Origin: Amoebidium appalachense
Taxonomy: Eukaryota > Protista > Ichthyosporea
Assembly (NCBI GenBank): GCA_963693365.1
Contig: CAVNZM010000016.1
Location: forward strand, 460,595 to 524,594
Length of the DNA: 64,000 nt
Reading direction: 5' to 3'
The position numbers and the translations under genes are program-made. The notes beneath the pieces were generated by a model. It worked only from the letters and a program-made list of their open reading frames with translations. It was not told the origin of the DNA and did not search any database. Below are positions 22,694 to 64,000 of this stretch, piece after piece (within the stretch, counting starts at the first letter, position 1; every line of letters starts with the position of its first letter).

Positions 22694-24802
22694 TGCCCTG
22701 TGTACCTAGTGCCCCTTGTGAGGGTGCGTGTGGCTAGGGTTACGAGTATTTAGGTCTGCAGGAGATTTCGTGTTGCGTAGTGAAATGAGGAAACGTTCGA
22801 CTACTTATTAACACACCAACATATTGCGCTGGTGTGCGTGTGTGCAACAACGACCCCCTAGTAAGGAAACCGATGAAAGAAAGAATCCGGGAAGTGCTGC
22901 TTCAGAGTACCAAGTGTGTACCGGAAAACTACTTGCACATAAGCGACTGTAAGCTCAAGCCACAACGCCAGAAAACTGATGTGCCCTTACAAACAATAAA
23001 ACCAACTAAGATTAGGACCGTTGCCTGTGCTTGCTAACATAAAAACACACTTACAGCTCTATGTGTGAACCCATAACAACCTTACTGTAGTAAACGCGAC
23101 CTACGGAAATGCACAAGTGTTCCGGGCGCATGTGCATGTGGGTGGGTTTGCCTGGAATGCAAAACGACACAATCATAAATTCCTATCGGACCCATGGACC
23201 GTAAATATATCCGGCTGCTAAGGTATTTTCATACCAGGCACCAGGCTGCACGGTTTGCTTCTTCATCTAAAAAATATCAGTTTAAAAGATTTTTTTCTTA
23301 TTTATCAATCATATTTGGAATTTTTTCCTCTAATAAATAAAGAAGTCTGTTTTGCGAAGGGGCTAAAGAGATCGAAGAATGTACACAAACGGATTGATAA
23401 GAATGCAAAACTGGTATATATATGTTCTGTGCTTTTTTTGGCCACAACGTGGGCCGACATAGGAAGATCACCGACGATCTGATTGGCTGAGATAGTCCAA
23501 ATGCGTGACAATATGGCTAATTAATAAGCAATGTGATTGGATAATGGCTATTACCTTATGTGTGATAGTCACCCAGCTGGGTACTGCCCAGGACACAGCA
23601 CCTTTTCAGACATCTTAAACAGGAATTATAAAATTATATATAGCCGAAAGCTATATTATGCCAAAAATTATAGAAAATCAAGTACATGTTAGCCAAAGAA
23701 CCAGGGAGATTGGGTAACTGGGTCAAATCCATAAAAATGTAGGTCATGTATGATTGGTTGATCCCGCTCGCTCAAAATATCAAAACCTGATTGGTTTAGC
23801 TTTATAAACAAAGGATCCCCTAGACACCCCAAATTTTGGGCGAGGGGTCCATGCATTTCATTTTTTTTTATAATGACTTTATTGATGTAATCATCAAAAG
23901 AGAAGCATGCGAGATATCACAGATATCACAGAGAAGAAAATACAAAATGCATTTCAATGATTCATCAGATTTCATCTCCAGTCCCAATTTATTTACAGCC
24001 CAGAAAATCTTCGTTGAAAGTATCTAAAGAGATTAAGGCATAGTATTAATATTTGAAAACAAAAAATAACTTATAATCGGATAGCTATTTTAGGAAAGAC
24101 TTTATTATCTATGGTAAAAACTAAAAATCTTTCTGTGTTGAAAATGGGGTCCTAACGCATATTTAGCGGCACGATCATCAAGTGAGACGTCTGGGAGAGG
24201 ACCCACAACCGCATGATTATGTTACCAGGTAAAGGGGGGCGGGTTGGTGCAATGGTAAGATATCTCTGCGTGTCAAGTTCAATGGCGCAGTATCGATCCT
24301 GGTTACTTCCGATTTTTGTCTGGCCTCGACGGGGCGGTGGCCGCCCCCTAGAAGCCATCACCCCAGACAAAGTCAAGCACCACCACAATTTGTTATCATC
24401 CGGCCGCAAGACATGACGTCATGAACAGCACCGGCCCTCTGACGTCGACGGTGCGCTGCTAGGGAGATCGGATGATAACCGGCTAAAAAAATACAATAAT
24501 TGATAATAATTTACAAAAATAAAAAACATAAACCCAATAACCATAACCCTATGTGTGTCTGGGCCCTAAATGGGGGGGCTGCCGCCCCCCCAACCCCCCG
24601 CTAAAGGGGCCTAACGACCCCTTTATGTCGCTTGGGGATCGAATCGTTCTCCCCTGATTTTACGTCATCGGATCGTGTTTTGTCCAATCAGGTGCGCGGG
24701 GACTTCCGGCGTATGGACTTGGGTGGCTGCTAGGGTTCTCACCCCGGCCCATCGTTCAAGGAGACCAATCCGAGTCACCGGCCACGGTTCCGGGGGCATG
24801 GG

Positions 24803-25073
24803 GGATACCATATGGTCTGTGATATCTAGTTATAGCTCTAGTAAGTCTTGTGGACCTGATGGACTTCCTGCTGGGTTTCTTAAAATCCTTGTTCCCTCCT
24901 ACCCACAAAAGGAAAGTGATCGTGCTAATAAACTTGATCATACTATTATGTTAAGCTCTCTCTTTTCTTGGTGTGTTAAATGTGGACATGTCCCGTCATC
25001 TTGGTTAAATACCTTAGTGATCCCCATAGTTAAAAAAAATAACGGGGAACCCCAACTTATTGATTTTTCTTAG
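24803..25073 (+). mobile_element. Non-LTR retrotransposon (LINE) reverse transcriptase N-terminal fragment, truncated
   Basis: Translates as DTIWSVISSYSSSKSCGPDGLPAGFLK...LSSLFSWCVKCGHVPSSWLNTLVIPIVKK, matching the KxxGPDG and PxxWxxxxxxPIxK motifs that open LINE RT domains; stops before the expected RPISL motif. Confidence 0.7.
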
Positions 25074-25947
25074 TCTTTATGGTGTCTCGTAGAGAAAGTA
25101 AACCCTGATATATATAGAGTCATCACCCGACATCTATGTACGTGATCATGATATACCGCTGAGGGGATATTCCGAGCAAAAACCCCCCATACCTGAGACT
25201 GGTCTCTCTTTGCCTCGAGTAAACAGCGTAAACCCCTTTCCCCTTTCAAGTCTTTTTGTTTGTGTATGTGTCCCGGGTCGCTCCCGGCTGGTGTTGTCCT
25301 TAAAGGGAGCTGTGCTCACTTCCCCACTAGCGTTGCTGCGGCTAGAACCGTGGGATAAAGGCGTAACTATGTTTAAAGCTTTTCTAGTCAAGTATCTTTC
25401 AAAGTCCCTCTTTATGACTGATGTGACCTTTTCAAGATTGGGCTTTGAATCACATCGAGTGCGAGCCCTGATGCTGATTGGACGGTCACTAAACAATCAT
25501 CATTTGATTGGTGGATATTTTAGGGCATCGACCTGGTAACGATCTTAGCCGCGGAGTCGCGAACAGCACAGCGTAAGATCGACATCTGTTGATGAGGGGG
25601 TCTGTTTTCGTTACTATGGTTGCAAATGTTGTGCCTTTTTTGTCCTACGTGCGTGTGTGTGTGCAGGTGACGGGATGCATTGTCTTACGTGTGTGCGTTG
25701 CAGAGGTGAGTCGGGGACCAACTTGGGTTGGTTTATGTGCGTTGCAGTGGGTAGGAGATGGTGTGCGTGTGCCTGCCCTTGTTCGTGCTTTGCATGTCTG
25801 TGTGTGCGTGTGTGTGTGTGTGTGTGTGTTGGAGAATTTGGTGTAGGCGGTGGGAGGTTTGGTGTGTATGCGTGTGTGCGTGTATGCCTGTGTACCTGTG
25901 TGTGATGTGTTTGTGCATGGCGCGCGTGTGTGTGGCGTGTGTTTGTG

Positions 25948-26043
<96 letters not shown>

Positions 26044-26455
26044 CGTGTGCATCTGCGTGTTCGTCTGTTTCTGTGTCTGTGTCTGCGTCTGCGTCTGTGC
26101 CTGTGCCATTGTTTGCGTGTTGTGTGTGTGTGTGTGCCTTGTATCAGTGCATGTGGTCTGCAATTCCACAAGAATGCACTCAGCATGGTGATCGCCCCGA
26201 AAATAAAGGTTACATTGTGCAGTGAGGATCATCGATCACACGTGTTTCCCGGTCGTCGAGAGGTTTGCTGTTTGTGACATATGTGTGTTCTGGTTCTCTC
26301 TTGCCTTAGGAGGTGTGGGAATCAAGAGAAAAGGTATAGACTCACACGTGTAAATGTACTCGACTCGAACGTACGTGGTTGCTCACAAAACCTATGTAAG
26401 CACAGAAATAGAAAAACACACTCCTGGTACACACAGGCACACGGCACAACCACGA

Positions 26456-26573
<118 letters not shown>

Positions 26574-27627
26574 CACATTTGCTTGCAGGCATTGAAACGT
26601 TATCCACTAGCACAAACGCAACACAGAAAAACAGACTGCCCCAAATCCAAATCACACGTCGACGTGCTGGCGCGCACACACACAAACACACAAACACAAA
26701 CACACACGCTTCTACCATATACTTGCACACCAACACACACGCCAAATGTGAGCTACGATTGCACACTTGGGCCTACCCGTGTACATCGCTGACATGAACA
26801 TGTCAAGTACGCCACATTTACTCATAGGCACCCGTGAGTGAATACACATGCATAGGAAGCTGTACAAGCGCAGAGTACGTTGGTGTATGCACAGAGATGC
26901 CACCACCTATCTGATGTCGCACAAAAACTCCATTTTGGCTAAGACAGCCAAAAAATCGTATAAAATTATATGATTAAGCATATAGCCTGTTGGTATTCTG
27001 GTGTAGCTATATCATCCTGCTTGAGGGTACAGGCAGAGCCAAGTAGAAGAGGGCCTCCTTGGGGCAACACGATAAAAATAAATAATTTAAAAATAAGAAC
27101 TAACACTGTGTTTGTGTTTGTGTGTGTCTGTGTGTGTGTTGGGGGTGCGGGGGGTGACATGGATGCGCGTTAGTATGTATATAATGAAATGGATTGAACA
27201 AAGTCTCTCGTTTGGTTGTACATGTAGTGCTGCATGCAGCCCTCGGGAAGAACGGGGAGTTGGGGGGGGGGGGGGGGAGGGGGGGGGGGGGGGGGCTGCA
27301 CAACCTTACTTTCTGAGGGGGCGAGAGGGCGGTTTCAATGCGATATATCCAATTCATATTTAGATTTGCCTTCGACATATCCAAATAACCAACCCACTTC
27401 ACATAATCATTAATAGCCCGGTATTTTCCAATCCACCTTCGGTGTTAAACTTCCCGCCGCTATATCCAAATTAAACCATTTTCCGACTTATCCAATCCTT
27501 GTCAGGTTTACCACGATATATCCAAACATTCTCAGACTTGCCCACAATATATATCCATTCCACTTCAGGTCCCCCCCCCCCCCCCCACATCCCACCTCCA
27601 CCCCTTCCCCGCGCCAACCACCACCAC

Positions 27628-27713
<86 letters not shown>

Positions 27714-27832
27714 CTAAGCAACGTCATGGCAATGAAGACTCGGCAATCTGGTTTAAATGGAACACAATAAACACTAATAACTAATGTCGACACCAATAAA
27801 TTTAAAACATAGCGAAGTTCATAGTTGCGGGT

Positions 27833-28094
27833 CTTCGTCTTCTAGCAATGGCTGGTCCCCATATGCATTCGCAATATGAATACAGGATTCTCGAATTTTG
27901 GAAAAAACAGAAATGAACGCACAACCACGGAAGTTCATAGTGGTGGGCGCTCGTGCACGTGGGCAAAATTTAAAACCTGCCCTAACCCCCCCCCCCCCCC
28001 CCCCCCCCACCCCACCCCACAGTATCTGAGGTGGGGTTCGTTGACGTGGTCATGAGTGACTTGGGTCCCCCCAGAGGATATCTTGTTAATATAG
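27833..28094 (+). mobile_element. 3'-truncated copy of the dispersed repeat family
   Basis: About 260-bp near-identical direct repeat of 29991-30260; similarity stops at ...ggatatcttgttaatatag. Confidence 0.7.
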
Positions 28095-28109
28095 CAACTG
28101 TTTTTGGTA

Positions 28110-28150
<41 letters not shown>

Positions 28151-29158
28151 GTTCCCCCTACTACCCAACGTTACATTAACAAGCGGTCCATGGTTAACCA
28201 ATTAAAAAAGGCTAACTTGCATGGTGTGGTTTATTGTTACCGTTGCCAACCAGAACTAAGTTTTAAACATGTTACACCAATCAATTGCATGCCTGCTTAT
28301 AATACCTTGACACCTATTTATATATATGCCTACCAAAAACAGTTGGTTTTGCGACCCTCGTGCTTGATTTGGGAGCATCTACCACTGTGCTCATATATCC
28401 TACCACCACTAATTTAAATAATTAAATATGGGGCCTGTCAGCCTAATTTAGTTAAATCTGGTAGCCAATCACGGAGCACCAGCAGATTCCCTTTCCGGCC
28501 TACATCTCAATCACTATACTAGCTGGCATTATGATTAGCGTCCCCCTCCCCCCCCCCCCCCCCCCCCTCTTCCCCCGCCCCTTCCTCCCCCCACGCCCCC
28601 GGAACAACCGCCACCGCCACGTACGTGCACATTATACACACACAGACACACACCCAATCGCACCTACCCACACGACAGGAAAAAAATGAAACCTTGAAAC
28701 CTTGTTGAGACGTTAATTTGAAGCGGCACATCGGCATATTGCATCTGATTTAAATAATTTTTCTATAGGTATTAATCTAAAAAAAATTTCAGTACCCGGC
28801 GATGTCTATGGGTTGAAAAAATCATAAATTTTGAAACAGAAACTTCAATGTATGCTCCTACAACTAAAATGGAGCACACATGTACACAACAGCAGCCATT
28901 AGAACGTGCGTTAAGTTCAAATACTATGCATCTTGTTCTAAATTTAAATGAAATATACACCCAACATGAAGCGATCATTCTATACTATATATGGCATACA
29001 TCACTCTAACTGATTTTGACGTACTCTGAGATCAGATCTAAATCGATTATGAAAAATTTGTAGAATTGAGCTCGCTATCTAATTAGAATCCTGGACACTT
29101 AAAGTTCTAGTAGCCGACTCTGAGCCTATGATGTATGCGTAATTATGACCCGAATAAA

Positions 29159-29350
29159 GGATTTTCCGAGTATAAGATTCTAGCGCTGAGAAATTTGGAA
29201 TTTTTTTTTAGATTCTAGCCGCCTAGCCCCCGTTGCACATATGAAAAGTAAGATTTCTCTTTTCGTTCTTGTGGGCTAGGGGCGTCACTAAAATTTAAGA
29301 TTCTAGCTGGCTGCGGCCGAAACTCACGTAATCTTATATCCGGTAGTACC
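29159..29350. mobile_element. Possible MITE with imperfect terminal inverted repeats
   Basis: Left ggattttccgagtataagatt versus reverse complement of right end ggtactaccggatataagatt; internal agattctagc subrepeats. No clear target-site duplication. Confidence 0.4.
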
Positions 29351-29848
29351 CCTGTATTAATTTCTTTCCTTTATAAGGCCAGGGGGGTCTCAAAACAAGG
29401 TCGACTCTGACGAATTTCTACACAAGAAGTTGTTACAGGAACATCATGGGCCCACCCCATGCAACCAATCATACAGCATCCATGGGCTAGACCGGTGTAT
29501 GGCGCGGCCCAGGCCGAATAACATTTACCCAATTTAAATATTTAAAAGCCCCCTCCCCCCCCCTCCCTCCCCGGGCCCCCCCTTCCTAGTTGCTTCTGGA
29601 TTCCCCACTCTTTCTATGTACCTTCATTAATGCAACCACCGCTACGCCCATTTTAGCCGCTGGCCACGGGCGGCGAGCCACATTTATATAATATTGGTGA
29701 CGTCATTCTGTGCACAATTTCCATGACCCCGTGTAGCCGCTCTGAAAAAGGCGCAAAACTGAAACCGGCTCTGTCGTATGTCGACATCGGCAATGTGACA
29801 CCGATCAGGGGATAATGGAGTGGGGGATTTAGGGTATGAAGGGTGGGG

Positions 29849-29890
<42 letters not shown>

Positions 29891-29990
29891 TGGCCGGGGG
29901 ATTGAGGGAGAGGGGCCCCGCGGGGGGAGGGCGGGAGGGGGCCAAGATGGTCCCTTTTCTCATTTCGTTTTCCTCAATATACTCTCAAGC

Positions 29991-30139
29991 CTCCGTCTTC
30001 TAGCAATGGCTGGTCCCCATATGCATTCGCAATATGAAGACAGGATTCTCGAATTTTTGGAAAAACAGAAATGAACGCACAACCACGGAAGTTCATAGTG
30101 GTGGGCGCTCGTGGGCAAAATTTAAAACCTGCCCTAACC

Positions 30140-30175
<36 letters not shown>

Positions 30176-30356
30176 ACCCACCCCACAGTATCTGAGGTGG
30201 GGCTCGTTGACGTGGTCATGGGTGACTTGGGTCCCCCCAGAGGATATCTTGTGAATATAGGTGTACCCTTTTATGTGTGCTTTGCACTCTGCAGTATGCA
30301 TTGCGTTTCCTGTATTAAGACTTAGTGTGTGCTTCGTACTCTGTAAAGCATTCTAT
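29991..30356 (+). mobile_element. Longest copy of a dispersed repeat family that ends in a poly-C tract
   Basis: 29991-30260 is near-identical to 27833-28094; 30215-30356 aligns by eye with the intronic copies at 309-420 and 6544-6677 (tttatgtgtgctttgcactctgca ... tgtgtgcttcgtactctgtaaagcattctat then C-run). Confidence 0.65.
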
Positions 30357-30928
30357 CCCCCCCCCCCCCCCCCCCCCCCTTCTGGGTGCTTGACGATTAT
30401 GAAAACAGAGAGAATATGGACGAGAAAACATATAAACCAAAACACATGCATGTGCTACGCAGTAGCAGTAGCACCACTATATACAAACAAAGCATAATGG
30501 CAATTATCGCTTTCAAAAGCTATAACGTAGTTCTCACCTATAGGACGACATTGCATTGCATGTTGGTTCTCTCCATCGGATATTTCATTTTCACGCGCTA
30601 TTTACAAGTATTCATCTCTTGAAAAAAAGGACTGTGGGGAAAAGCCAATTGCAACCGTATGGTAACCAAAAACGAAACAAAAAACAATCAACCAGGGGAA
30701 AAAAAAAAAAAAAAACCAAAAAAAAGAAAAAATAAAACAAAAAAACAAAAAATAAAAACGAGAACCCGCAACGGACTGAATAAATAAAACAATAAGACAA
30801 ACCTATAAAACTAAACAACTATAAAATAAAACTGAACAAATAAAAAAAATAAAATAACACTATAAACTAAAAAACCAGAAAGTAAAACCGAATAAATAAA
30901 ACCGGAAAAAAGGAGCAACACGTGCCGT

Positions 30929-64000
<33,072 letters not shown>

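Overview
Eukaryotic genomic DNA with extremely microsatellite-rich introns ((CA)n/(GT)n, (GA)n, poly-C/poly-G). Nearly all ORFs in the supplied track are repeat artefacts. By splicing exons by hand I recover four protein genes: (1) the 3' 13 exons of a + strand amidase-signature enzyme (FAAH-like), 471-10323; (2,3) two intronless, tandem, minus-strand GT14 glycosyltransferase paralogues (12356-13834, 21104-22693); (4) the 3' 41 exons of a minus-strand VWA8 orthologue (AAA+ plus C-terminal VWA), 30929 to beyond 64000, with an intronic tRNA-Lys(CUU). The most unusual signals concern splicing. Two VWA8 introns can only keep the conserved frame with a CG (not AG) 3' splice site at the end of a (CA)n tract. 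One amidase intron uses a GC donor. Acceptors are typically preceded by (CA)n, poly-C or even poly-A, and weak donors are typically followed by poly-C or (GT)n. A dispersed ~110-370 bp element ending in poly-C sits in introns in sense orientation, often just before the acceptor. One exon's 5' splice site has been amplified into a six-copy array. All assignments come from manual reading and recalled family motifs; no searches were run, and one apparent homopolymer frameshift shows the assembly may carry indel errors.
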